Of a DNA stretch of 64,000 nt, positions 43,243 to 56,680 are shown piece after piece; the first letter of the stretch is position 1; every line of letters begins with the position of its first letter. The stretch comes from Octopus vulgaris (taxonomy: Eukaryota): contig OX597827.1 of assembly GCA_951406725.2 (NCBI GenBank), positions 67,704,001-67,768,000 on the forward strand, given 5' to 3'. Below the pieces are notes generated by a model that made no database searches, was not told the DNA's origin, and was given only the letters and a program-made list of their open reading frames with translations. Position numbers and translations under genes: made by a program.

Positions 43243-43729
43243 TAATACAACAATAAAATAACTGATACAGCATCTACAATAACAACAGCTACAACAAAAA
43301 CAACAACAATAACAAGATAGAACACTATCACCACCACCACCACCACCACCAACAAAACAACAACAATGATAATACGAAAATTTCAGCCTATCAACGGCCA
43401 TTTTTATCGATTATCTGCAGTTAACCGGAAATGATGTCCGCCATAATCTCGGCTCCTAAAGTGCTCTAAGTACACCGGATGTGGTGCGTTGGAAGATTGA
43501 AGTTTGCATAGATCTACTAAAGTCCTAATTCCCATTCCAAAGATGCTAAGGAATGGTTTGGAAGAATGTGTTGTTATGGGTTAGGTGCAAGATAGAGGGT
43601 GGGTTGGGATATTGTTATTCCGCTCTTTCTTTCTCTCTTCCTTCCTTTCTTTCCCTCTCTCTCTCTCTCTCTGTCTCGCCTTTTATATGTTTGTGTGCAT
43701 ACGTGTGCAAATATATATATATATATATA

Positions 43730-43800
<71 letters not shown>

Positions 43801-43927
43801 GTATATATATATGTATACATATATTCCATGTATGTACGTATACATACCTATATACATATATGTATATATATATATATTCATATATATATATGTGTATACA
43901 TATATGCATGTATGTACGTATACATAC

Positions 43928-43995
<68 letters not shown>

Positions 43996-44257
43996 GTATG
44001 TATATTATCCCCGTCTTACTGTTCTTATTGGCTATTTGTGTTTTGTACGCTCGATACTATTATAGCTTGTATGTGTGTGTGTGTGTGTATGTGTGCTTAT
44101 GCACGGGATATAGAACAAGCAGGTTGAAACACTAAACTCAGAATAGCGACCTAGCAAAATATACTCGTACATACATACGCACACGTTAGCACCCCACACA
44201 CACATATCTATATACGTGTGTGTGTGTGTGAGTCTATATACATGCATAGATATATAG

Positions 44258-44430
<173 letters not shown>

Positions 44431-44578
44431 TGTGTACTGATGCATTACAAAGATCCAAAGCATTTAGGATACTGTCAGGTTCACAAATTCACTTATTAGT
44501 TACGAGTAGTTGGTAATAATTACAGTATTTCTTAACTATTAACTAGTAGATCTTTAGACCATATGCTTTTTATGAGTG

Positions 44579-44624
<46 letters not shown>

Positions 44625-44657
44625 GTCTTCCCTTCTCTGGATCTTTCATTCTCCTAT

Positions 44658-44692
44658 GTTTCCGACGAAGAGCTCCGCTCGAAACGTTAAAC
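44658..44692 (+). ncRNA. Minimal hammerhead motif, core CCGACGA, in pLTR-like repeat H2 (44622-44785)
   Basis: gttt CCGACGA a gagc-tcc-gctc GAAA cg TT aaac. Confidence 0.65.
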
Positions 44693-45555
44693 CGTCCTTC
44701 TTTCCTGAGCGTCCAATAATATTATATTTGCTCCACGTCCTCGCGTTGTTGTGTTTTTTTGTGCTTTCTTGTTTGGATTAGCTATATATATATATATATA
44801 TATATACATATATATTTATGTATATATGTATATACGTATGAATATATGTACGTATATGTGTATGGGATGTATGTATGTATGTATGTATGTATGTATGTAT
44901 GTATACACAGTCGGAACCGGTGCCGTACTGAAGAGGCTGATCAGTCTCCTTAGAATAGTACTGATTCAGCCTTTGTCATGTACAATGTACATCAAATTGC
45001 TGGAAAGCGGGAAATCAATTTGTTTTAACGAAAGCGCTATTTCCGCCGACGTACACTTTGATCAGTATCAGCAGTTGCAGAATAAAGTGATAGTAAATAT
45101 AATGCTCAGATATAGTATTTAAGGTTATAGTTAAAAAATATAGTATGGGAGAGTTTAAGGGTTCGCAAATCACAATGTTTAAAATTGAGGGTCTTACATA
45201 TTCAGTAACTGTTTCGTGTATTGCTTCGAGAAAGAAGTGTTTTCATGGTGTTATATTCGGGGTTAGAATCTCAACAATTACCTTTGAACTGATATCGTGG
45301 CTACCAGAATTTTAATAACTTATAGAAGTAGTGGCATACTCCAAAACATCTCGAAGAAATATTTGTATTGTACCTTGAAGCTTTCGTGCTGTAGACTATG
45401 TTTGCTTTCTCCGCTGTACACAGAATACATTTTATGGTTCCATTCAAATGTTTAATGAAGTACAGTAATCTCTCGCCATATCGTGGTTTATTATTATTTA
45501 AGCTTACGTCGATTCCTCCACGATGTTTTGTTTTGCAATTATAATAAAATATATA

Positions 45556-45871
45556 TACTCTTTACTCTTTTACTTGTTTCAGTTATGTGACTGCGGCCAT
45601 GCTGGAGCACCGCCTTTAGTCGATCAAATCGCCCCCCCCCCCGGACTTATTCTTTGTAAGCCTAGTACTTATTCTATCGTTCTCTTTTGTCAAACCGCTA
45701 ATTTATGGGGGCGTAAACACACCAGCATCGGTTGTCAAGCGATTTTGGGGGGACAAACATAGACACATAAACACATACACACACACACACACACACACAT
45801 ACATACATATATACATATATAGGACGGTCTTATTTCAGTTTCCGTCTACCAAATCCACTCACAAGGCTTTG
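45556..45871 (-). mobile_element. SINE-A, 5'-truncated
   Basis: Reverse-complement tail and body. Confidence 0.85.
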
Positions 45872-46438
45872 GCTTGCCTGGTTAGGAGTGTTACTAGAAA
45901 CCTAACAGGGCTAAAAATAAATCCTGTCAAAAGGACGAATGTAGGTTCAACGACTTCCTAACAATAGCACGGGACCTCAGAAATTCCGGGTTGGTATCCA
46001 GCATGCTGAAAGACCACTGGGAGTGAGGCCCCTCTTAGGTTTTGTAAAAGCATGTCTCTAGAATCTGCTTCAAACTCAGGCTACGTTTACTCCGATTAAT
46101 CGGCAGTGACTTGGTCAGCGAATCCTCTTCGACGGTCCATAATCGATGGTGAGGTGAGCTGCTATGGATCACATTATCCCATGTGATCACATTATCCATG
46201 GGATCACATTATCTAGGTATGCATGTGACTAGGGACCACATATGAACTTGTATCCCCACTGGATCTCCGAACATGAATTCTAGACCTCAGACTCGAATGA
46301 CGACTACGATCATGGTGTCCACTGCAGCCGACTGTCAGATGTGGTCAGTCTTCAAGAGGGATGTGGTCAACTCATTGAACGGAGTTGGTTCAACCCACTC
46401 TGAGTGAATGCCGCCGCCGCAAGTAGAAGTATAAGTAC
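45872..46438 (+). mobile_element. Decayed RTE-derived element
   Basis: 3' part translates AADCQMWSVFKRDVVNSLNGVGSTHSE*MPP with an (AAGTA)-like tail, similar to the end of 57696-58090. The 5' part matches the reverse complement of about 41650-41705. Confidence 0.55.
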
Positions 46439-46796
46439 TTATAAATCCTAGGGTTTAAGACAAACCTAAGCCTAATCCTTATCCTATTATTGCAAGTTAA
46501 CTCGGGGAGTTAAAAAGTTATATAAGATGATATAAGTGGATTTGCTCGTTGCTGAGGCGTCTGTTTGAGAGCTTGTTAGGTTGGGCTAACGACAGAAGCT
46601 GGAGTAAGTGTCTCTGTTGTAACACGAGCAGCGGACCATTGAACAGCCAGTCGAACATCCGGTTAGTTCGTCACGCTACGATATGACCGCCAATATTTGT
46701 TTCGTTCTATTTATCAGAGTGACTTTCGTTCAATCGACTCTGTAAACGGATGGTTGGGTGGGCGAACGAATGTATGTATGTATGTATGTATGTATG

Positions 46797-46828
<32 letters not shown>

Positions 46829-46927
46829 GTTAATCCAAACAAGAAAGCACAAAAAAAACACAACAACGCGAGGACGTGGAACAAATATAGTATTATTGGA
46901 CGCTCAGGAAAGAAGGAAAGAAAGGGG

Positions 46928-46962
46928 GTTTAACGTTTTGAGCGGAGCTCTTCGTCGGAAAC
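46928..46962 (-). ncRNA. Second H2 hammerhead motif (CCGACGA core, G12 to A) in repeat 46828-47030
   Basis: gttt CCGACGA a gagc-tcc-gctc AAAA cg TT aaac. Confidence 0.55.
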
Positions 46963-48270
46963 ATAGGAGAAGGAAAGATCCAGAGAAGGGAAGACAGAGG
47001 AAAACAATCGCCAACGGTACACACACGGTATGTATGTATGTATGTATGTATGTATGTATGTATGTATGTATGGATGGATGGATGGATGGATGGATGGATG
47101 GATGGATGGATGGATGGATGGATGAATGGTTGGATAGATGGATAGATCGATGGATGAATGGATGGATGGGTAGATGAATGGATGGATGGATGGATGGATG
47201 GTTGGTTGGATAGATGGATAGATCGATGGATGAATGAATGGATGGGTAGATGGATAATGGATGATGGATGGTTGGATAAGTTTCTTTATTGGCCACACAG
47301 GGCTGCACACAGATGGGACAAGTTACAAGGTAGAGCTTTTCTTTTGAGGGATATAGATAGATAGATAGATCGATGGATGAATGGATGGATGGGCAGATGG
47401 ATGGATGGATGGATGGATAAACAGATAGCTTGCTGACTGTCTGGTTGGTTTGATGGCTGTAGTGAAGGATAGATAAATATATGGATGAACAGATCGATAG
47501 ATGAATGGATAGACAGATGGCTGGCTGGCTAACTGATTGGCTGGTTGGCCGACTAACTGATGGCTGCCTGGCTGGTTGTTTGGCTGGTTAAATCGAAGAA
47601 TGGAATCAAAGATAGAAAATAAAGCTGAAGAACAATACATAAAAACCATATATTTGAGTATATTTATATGTGTGTGTGTGCGTGTGTGTGTATGTGTGTG
47701 TGCGTGTGTGAGTGTTTATGCGTTTCTCTGTGTGTATACATATACATATCTAAACACATATATACGTACATATGCGCATATATATATATGTGTGTGTATA
47801 GAAATGTATACATACATACAACATAAAGAAACACTCCAAGTATGATTATTTATTTATCCTTACTTCTGATGTAATGATCACCAGTCAGTAAGAACCACAT
47901 AACGCTGGAGCTGGGATTTAAGGAATTTAAAACGAAGCAACATCAAAAGAGAAGTTTAAAAAAATACAAATGAACTGCTAAAAATTAGAGAAAAATACTC
48001 TATTATCTTACCAATAGAGCTTACTAAACTATATTAGTTTTTTTGTATTATTGCTAACAAACTAACTAATGTATAATGGCGGCCGCCGTGCGCCGACATC
48101 AAGCCGCCGGTCTCACACGCTTATAAAAGATAGATTTGATAAATGTAAGTTGTACAGAAAACAAAAACGAGAATTCAAATACCCTCTCGATATTGCCTGG
48201 AACGTATGCATATCATCAACCGATCAACCAATGAAATCCATAGATGCAGTTTTATTTGAGTATGTGCATG

Positions 48271-48326
<56 letters not shown>

Positions 48327-48710
48327 CATACATATATATATATATACATATATATATATATGTGTGTGTGTATGTATGCATGTATATGTATATGTACGTT
48401 TGTGTATGTGTATATATGCATGTGTGTGTGCATATACGTTTATACACATACACATACATATGCATCCGAACTGAGATTCATTTGTTTGTATTCGTGTGTA
48501 TACATTTATATTATATTTACGAAAATACAGGCATACGTATATATTTGAGTATATATATATGTGTGTGTGTGTGTGTGTGCGTGTGTGTATGTGTGTTTAT
48601 GTGTGTCTGTGTGTGTATATATGTATATATATATATATATGTATATATGTATATATATATATATACATATATATGCGCATATATGTATGTATAGAAATGT
48701 ATGCGTGGGC

Positions 48711-48770
<60 letters not shown>

Positions 48771-49260
48771 CTGCGCTTGTGTATGTGTATCCATCTATCA
48801 ATACATATATATATGCACGAACACCTACCTACACACACACACACATATACAGACGCACACATACATACATACACACACACATCCATCCATACATATATGC
48901 CTACATACATACATACATACATACATACATGCATGCATACATACATACATACATACATACATACACACATACATACATACGTACATACATATATACATAC
49001 ACACATACATACATACATACATACATACATACATACATACATACATACATACATACATACACATATATGACGTTCCGTCAAACAGCTGCCATTTTGTTAC
49101 AAGCGTATCACGTTTAATGGAAATTCCCTACAGACAATAACCTGCAGCCTGTATTCTGAAGGTGCGGATATCTGTTATGTAAATGCATTCGTATTTCCGT
49201 GCTTTTACATCTTCTTCGTCTGTCTTCTTTGTTTTGTCTCACATCCATCTTCTATTTCAG

Positions 49261-49280
49261 CATCCCTGAGGAAGAAAGAG
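49261..49280 (+). CDS. Candidate 20-nt microexon (unverified)
   Basis: ~55-nt pyrimidine tract with tctcac branch-like site, ttcAG acceptor, purine-rich exon catccctgaggaagaaagag, AG|GTGAGG donor. Confidence 0.4.
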
Positions 49281-49744
49281 GTGAGGTATTGCACTGTCGA
49301 TTCTTTTTCATCCAAAAAAACAAAAAAACAAAAAAAAAAAAAAAAAAAAATGCGGGATAAATACATAAGAAAAGCAAAGAATAAAGATAAATAATTTTAA
49401 AATAGCAGCATTAACGATAACTATAATATTCCAAGATAATGTGTGTTGTGTGTGTGTATGTGTGTGTATGTGTGTGTAAGTGTGTGTTTGTCAAAAAAAA
49501 AAAATGGAAATACGAGAAACAAATGAAGAAGCAATCCCCTCGCGCGCTTCCTAAATCTTTCAGAATGTAAGAATGTGTTGTTCTGCTCTGTTTAAAAGAT
49601 GTTTTCGTTATAACAGGAATATCCTTGAACAATTGAATACGAGGTGGGTAAGAACATTCTGTGTTACACTGACGGAGAACATGACTAAACAAATATATAC
49701 AATACATATATATAAATATATATCTATATATATATATATATATA

Positions 49745-49872
49745 CAGGGTGTCCCCAAAAAATGTATACATATAGTGGTTCGGCAAAAGAGAACGATAGA
49801 ATAAGTACTAGGCTTACAAAGAATAACAAATTTACAATTATTTAAGGTGTGTATACATTTTTTGGGGACACC

Positions 49873-49875
<3 letters not shown>
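49745..49875. mobile_element. 131-bp Tc1/mariner MITE carrying a SINE-A fragment
   Basis: TIR cagggtgtccccaaaaaatgtataca, TA TSD. Interior 49773-49826 matches the SINE-A body. Confidence 0.9.
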
Positions 49876-49918
<43 letters not shown>

Positions 49919-50159
49919 TTTTTTGTGTCGTCTTGGATATAACTATATAAGCAGTTTTAGAGAATTACTTCCCTTATGTAATAGCAAAAAATGCATTAAA
50001 AATGGGAAAAAATTATGGTAATTTTTTTTTAAATCGTAGACTCATCGTAGACGCGCGCTAATACTCAGAAGGGCTCGATATGAATCACGACAAGTGTTTT
50101 GCAATCTTGTCCCATTTTGTATTTTTGTATATCTTTTGTATACATACATACATATACAT

Positions 50160-50232
<73 letters not shown>

Positions 50233-50360
50233 TATAAATGGCGGTGCTCCAGTAAAATGGCGGTGCCCTCAGCATGGCCACAGCTCGTGAGCTGAAACTA
50301 GATAAAGTAAAAAAAAAATTTTTTTTTAATAAATATACTTGCCCCTAACATAAGCATATA

Positions 50361-50704
50361 CAGGGTGATTCAAAAGTCTCCATACATAGGAAAAAATTTT
50401 TTTTTCTATAAAAACAGATCCCACAGGTCCCCTGATCGCTTGATCTGACCCCTCTTGATTTCTCTCATTGGGGCCATTTGAAAGGCATGGCGTATCGCAA
50501 AGCATCACCAGCTCATTTGCAAACGTATCACCGGATGTGTTATTACGAGTTCACATTGAGTAAGGTTAACGTAATGCAATGTGTATTCAAAACAATGGTC
50601 ACCATATAGAGCCTTTAGATAAATAAAAAAAAATCTATTCTTATAAACTGTTTCTTATAAAAAGATAAATTGTTCCTATGTATGGCGACTTTTGAATCAC
50701 CCTG
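50361..50704 (+). mobile_element. Tc1/mariner deletion derivative with a transposase C-terminal relic
   Basis: 31-bp TIRs cagggtgattcaaaagtc[t/g]ccatacatagga, TA TSD. Relics P*SLDLTPLDFSHWGHLKGMAY and CIQNNGHHIE. Confidence 0.9.
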
Positions 50705-50837
50705 TAGATACATATATAAATACATACACATATATACATTTATTGTGTCTGGGGAGAGTCATTCTCTTTTAGTGCCTTCACAAGTTCAGATAAAGAATCC
50801 TGCAAACCACATAAAAAAACGACATATATATATATTA

Positions 50838-51013
50838 CTCTCTTTTTCTCTTTTTACTTGTTTCAGTCAGTTGACTGCGGCCATGCTGGAGCACCGCCTT
50901 TAGTCGTGCAAATCGACCCAGTACTTATTCTATCGGTCTCTTTTGCCGAACCGCTAAGTGACGAGGACGTAAACACACCAGCATCGGTTGTCAAGCAATG
51001 CTAGGGGGACACA

Positions 51014-51090
<77 letters not shown>

Positions 51091-51187
51091 GACAGGCTTC
51101 TTTCAGTTTCCGTCTACCAAATCCACTCACAAGGCATTGGTCGGTGGTTGGTTAGCAAGTTACTTACCACACAGCCACTCCCGCGCC
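50838..51187 (-). mobile_element. SINE-A with an internal deletion
   Basis: Reverse-complement tail, body and head joined at ggtcg|gtggttgg. Confidence 0.85.
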
Positions 51188-51214
51188 TTTATACATATAT
51201 AAACATAACATATA

Positions 51215-51411
51215 CGAGGGGTTGCTGGATAGTTCCTAGCTTTGGATAAAAGAAACTACAGAAGGATCAGTTAATTATGATTTTATTCAACATATTTCCC
51301 TGTCAGGTTCACACACTCACCACAGCGGTCCTTCACTCTTTCTAAGCCCTGTTAAAGAACTCGGAAGGTTGGGCCTCCAAATAGGCCTTTCGCGATACCC
51401 TTAAAGCATCC
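51215..51411 (-). mobile_element. Mariner 3' end fragment
   Basis: AYLEAQPSEFFN / GLERVKDRCGECVNLTGKYVE* followed by a TIR-like ...cccctcgTA. Confidence 0.65.
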
Positions 51412-51419
51412 ACACGTAT

Positions 51420-51453
<34 letters not shown>

Positions 51454-51993
51454 CAAAGCAATAATATATTTACAAAATAACGATACCATGGAAGACACAT
51501 TCGTTTCAAATTTTGGAACAAACCCTGCAATTTCGAGAGAGAAGTTATTGCTCGACTGTATACTCCATAGACCCCAGTGCTCAGCTGGTAATTGTTTTAT
51601 CGAACCCCACTGGATGAAAGGCAAAGACGACCTCGGTGGAATTTGAAATCAGAATAGAAGATACTTATTAATTAGCCGTTCAAAGAAGTTGTCAAGTGCT
51701 TCTTTCAGTTTCCGTCTACCAAATCCACTCACAAAGCATTTGTCGGCCGAAGGCTATCGGTGAAGACACTTGCCCAAGTTGCCGCTTAGAGGGACTGAAC
51801 TCAGAACAATGTGGTTGGGAAGCAAACTTCTTAATACACAGCTACGCCTAAATATATATACATGCGTATATGTATTTCTGTCTGTACACACGAGTTTTAA
51901 TTGCTTATATATATATAAATGTATATACAGTAACATACGTGTCAAACATGTATATATAAAGTATATATGCATTTGTGTGGATATATGTATCTG

Positions 51994-52222
51994 TTTCTTT
52001 ATTACCCACAGGGGGCTAAACATAGAGGGGACAAGCAAGGACAGACAAAGGGATTAAGTCGATTATATTGACCCCAGTGCGTAACTGGTATTTGATTTAT
52101 CGACCCCGAAAGGATGAAAGGCAAAGTCGACCTCAGTGGAATTTGAACTCAGAACGTAACGGCAGACGAAACACGGCTACGCATTTCGCCCGGCGTGCAA
52201 ACGGTTCCGCCAGCTCGCCGCC
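51994..52222 (-). mobile_element. SINE-B, full length
   Basis: Reverse complement of the 41857-42087 unit. Confidence 0.9.
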
Positions 52223-52405
52223 TTAATGTATATGTATCATATACACACACACACATATATATATGTATTTATATATGTATGTACGTATGTATGTATGTAT
52301 GTATGTATGTATGTATGTATGTATGTATGTATGTATGTATGTATGTATGTACGTACGTATGTATGTATGTATGTATGTATGTATGTATGTATGTACGTAC
52401 GTATG

Positions 52406-52439
<34 letters not shown>

Positions 52440-53075
52440 TGTACGTACGTATGTATATATGTATGTATGTATGTATGTAGGTAGGTATGTATGTATGTAT
52501 GTATGTATGTACGTACGTACGTATGTATGTATGTATGTATGTATGTATGTATGTATGTATGTATGTATATATGTATGTATGTATGTATGTATATATGTAT
52601 ATATGTATTTATGTATGTATGTATGTATGTATGTATGTACGTATGTATGCATGCATGTATGTATAACCAGGTTAATTAACAATTAAACCTTCAATATTCA
52701 AATGCGTCCGATGTTTGTGCAGCCATAATTATATTTTGTTTGCAAATATTTTCCCTTAAAAAAAAGACACAACATTCGCGCATTTGAATAAATATCAATG
52801 AAAGCGGAACTAGTGTATTTCAGGCTCAGCAAAAATTAGATATAAAAAAAATAGAATGAAATATTATATATATAATATAATATCCTCTGTGGTTGTAGCG
52901 CAAATGTACGAAAATTTTATTGTTGGTATTTTAGAAGTGGAAAATTTCCGACCATTTCTTAATTCCCTGTAGTATAGCCAGAGAATCCGGAATCGTACAG
53001 AAGTCACATGTTCGCGCGCGGAAATTTATTTACATGTATCTATTATGTATGTGTATATATATATATATATATATA

Positions 53076-53175
53076 CTAGCAGAGATACCCGGCGTTGCCC
53101 GGTTACATTCAATTGAAGAATCAGACATTTCTGTTATATTTTCTCAAATGAATTGGAATATCTATGATTCGAATT
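53076..53175 (-). mobile_element. Helitron 3' end fragment
   Basis: Minus strand ccgggcaacgccgggtatctctgCTAG-t, the same terminus type as 26450-26475. Confidence 0.6.
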
Positions 53176-53255
53176 GGCCACAGCTCGTGAGCTGAAACTA
53201 GATAAAATAAAAAAATAAATAAGAATAATATATATACATATATATATATACATAC

Positions 53256-53322
<67 letters not shown>

Positions 53323-53411
53323 CATACACATTTATATGCGTGCATATATATATCCATATATGTTTACGTATCTTTGTGTGTGAATGTGTGTATATGTGTG
53401 TGTGTGCGTGC

Positions 53412-53489
<78 letters not shown>

Positions 53490-53819
53490 GCGTGTGTAAA
53501 GCGGCCTCTTTGAAAAATGACCTAGATTTCCAATTTTCTGAATTTCGGATGATTTTTCCAAATGATTCGACCCCTAACCGATGGGTTGCAATTATTTCAC
53601 CGTCCGTTGTAGAATCAAAGGCTGATTCTATCCCAAAAGAGGTTCTCATGGCCTTAACTGCGTTTCTATTTATGGATTTCTTACAAAAGAATCCGCATTT
53701 TAATTATATAAATACACATGCAGGCATACATACATACATACATACATACATGCATGCATGCATGCATACATACATACATACATACATACATACAAACATG
53801 CATGCATACATACATACAC

Positions 53820-53860
<41 letters not shown>

Positions 53861-53862
<2 letters not shown>

Positions 53863-54063
53863 TGCAGGCGTGGCTGTGCGGTGAGAAGCTTGCTTCCCAA
53901 CCACATGGTTCTGGGTTCAGTTCCACTGCGTAGCACCTTGGGCATGTGCCTTTTACTATAGCTTCGAGCCGACCAATGCCTTGTGAGTGGATTTGGTAGA
54001 CGGAAACTGAAAGAAGCCCGGAACCATGTGGTTGGTAAGCAAGCTACTTACCACACAGCCACT
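53861..54063. mobile_element. SINE-A 5' half followed by an inverted SINE-A head
   Basis: + strand copy up to gaagcccg (54020), then the reverse-complement head cccggaaccatgtgg...cacacagccact. Confidence 0.85.
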
Positions 54064-54426
54064 ATTGTAAATAAACGACAGGGTAAAAGATGTACAACGG
54101 ATTCTGAGTGCCCAACCAGACGGTAGTCAGACACAGGGTCCTTCTATGTCTGTCTCTCGTCCGGTTGTACATTCAATATACGTTATATATATATATTTAA
54201 ATCCCATCATTGTTTATTTATAATGCATGTTTTCATATATTAAGTAACGGAACACAACGCACCCGTCTTTTATTAACAGTAAGTTTTATATATATATATA
54301 TATTACGGAGGTGTACTTGCATAGCAAGGGATTTGATCTGAGATCGTGTGCTGGAACGAAAACAATTGCAGCGTGGAAGGTTTTTGTAAGCCATTTAAGA
54401 AGCAGCATATTGATGCAGATCGGATT

Positions 54427-54477
54427 TTTGTCAGTGAACAGGTCGCTGTCTTATAGCGATGAAAATATTTTGACAAA
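54427..54477 (+). ncRNA. Hammerhead motif with compensatory G3-C8 core (GUGAACA)
   Basis: tttgtca GTGAACA g gtcgctgt-ctt-atagcgat GAA aatatt T tgacaaa: 7-bp stem I, 8-bp stem II, palindromic stem III. Confidence 0.65.
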
Positions 54478-54965
54478 TTAAACTTAAATATTGAAGTGAA
54501 TCGAACGGCTTTTGTGTGTTTCTTAAATGGCTTACAAACACCTTCCATGCTGCAATTGTTTATATATATATATATATATACATATATATATAATAGAGTG
54601 TACATATAAACACATAAGGAATCCACTCGTGGGATTCATCACGCTAGAAAGAACAGCTAGGTTCCAAAACCACAAAATAAGGGAGAAAATCCCGAAAGGA
54701 AAAAATGAAAAAATAAAAACTTTTACCATCTAGTTTCCTGGACCAATTGGTTTCTGATTTTAGTTTAGCAAATAAAATAATATTCGCTAGGTGAAACCGT
54801 CGTCAACAGGTACACCTTAGATTAAATATATAAAACACGAGGCAATCAACTATGTGCCTCTTGTTTATACATCCTAATTTTTTTCAAAATCTACTGCGCA
54901 GACGCAGCCCCACGTTTTGGGATAATTTTCACTAACTTGGATTATATATATATATATATGTATAC

Positions 54966-55041
<76 letters not shown>

Positions 55042-55159
55042 TATATACATATATATATATACGTATATATTTATATATATATATATATATATGTAGGTCC
55101 CGGGTTGATTCGGGGTTAACCACAGTAAATAAGGTACTCAATACATAGCAGAGTAAAAT

Positions 55160-55387
<228 letters not shown>

Positions 55388-56158
55388 CAGATATATATAT
55401 ACAGATACAAATATGCATGTATATACAAATATATACACACTCGCGTGCGCACACACACATCATGCATACACATATGTATATATGTGAAAGTATATATATA
55501 TATCCATGTGTGTGTGTGTATATGTGTATATATATGTATAAGTATGACTATATGCGTATAACTAACTTAATTTCCTTCTTCAGATTAAACTACGTTATTG
55601 ATTTAATTACTGGTTTCAGAGAATATCTGTTATTTTGAAAGACTGCCCACCGGATATCCGGTCCTAATTTAATTGACCCCTCTTCAGAGATTCGACGCAT
55701 ACACACTCACTCACTCACTCAAACTCGCACACGCACACGCACACACACACGCATACTTCACAAACACATATACAAATATGTATACTCAATCAGATATGCA
55801 TATACACACATTCTGAATCAGCTGTCTTCATCTCAATTACCCAGTCTATCACTCTTCGTATATCTATCTGTCTATCTCCCTATCTCTCCTCTCCCTCTCT
55901 CTTTTATCTATGCATAAATGTACGCATGTATGCATATATATATATATATGTATACACACACGCACACATATACGTACACATACACACACACACATAAATA
56001 TATATACATATATATATTTATATATATATATCGAGGTTCCTATATTATCTTTCTATCTACCAATATCTATATATCATTATCCTAATCGTTAATATCTTCG
56101 TCCTTATGATCATTATGATGATGATGAGGAAGAGGATCATCATCATCAACATCATCAA

Positions 56159-56234
<76 letters not shown>

Positions 56235-56506
56235 GTCCTCTCATCATCGTCGTCTAACAGCACTTCGAGTTTTCCTGCCTTCACCAAACCAATTAACAGA
56301 CACGATCCTATCCTTCCGGATAAAGACAAACACACGCATCACAACATCATCATCATCAACAACAACAACAACAACAACTACACCACCACATCCGCCACCG
56401 TCGCCACCACCACCACCACCACCACCACCACGAACAACAACAACAACAATCCACCATTCAGCTACCACCAAGAACAATGGCACTATCAACAACAACAGTA
56501 TGAAGT

Positions 56507-56680
56507 GGAGGCGCAATGGCCCGGTGGTTAGGACAGCGGACTAGCGGTCGTAAGAACGCGTTTTCGACCGGGCATTGTGTTTATTGATCAAAAACACCTA
56601 AGCTCCACGAGGATCCGGCGGGGGGGGGGGTGAACCCCGCTGTACTCTTTCACCTCAACTTTCTCTCACTCTTTCTTCTT
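56507..56680 (+). mobile_element. SINE-D, 5' part
   Basis: ggaggcgcaatggcccggtggttagg head and body actctttcacctcaactttctctcactcttt shared with 19287-19595. Confidence 0.75.

Noticed and set aside
45462-45492. Tigger-like TIR start (TA cagtaatctctcgccatatcgtgg)
   Set aside because: No matching second TIR was found, so it was not annotated as an element.
53490-53700. Unique stretch open on both strands (ORFs 53384-53884 + and 53332-53649 -)
   Set aside because: No recognisable domain or convincing splice sites.
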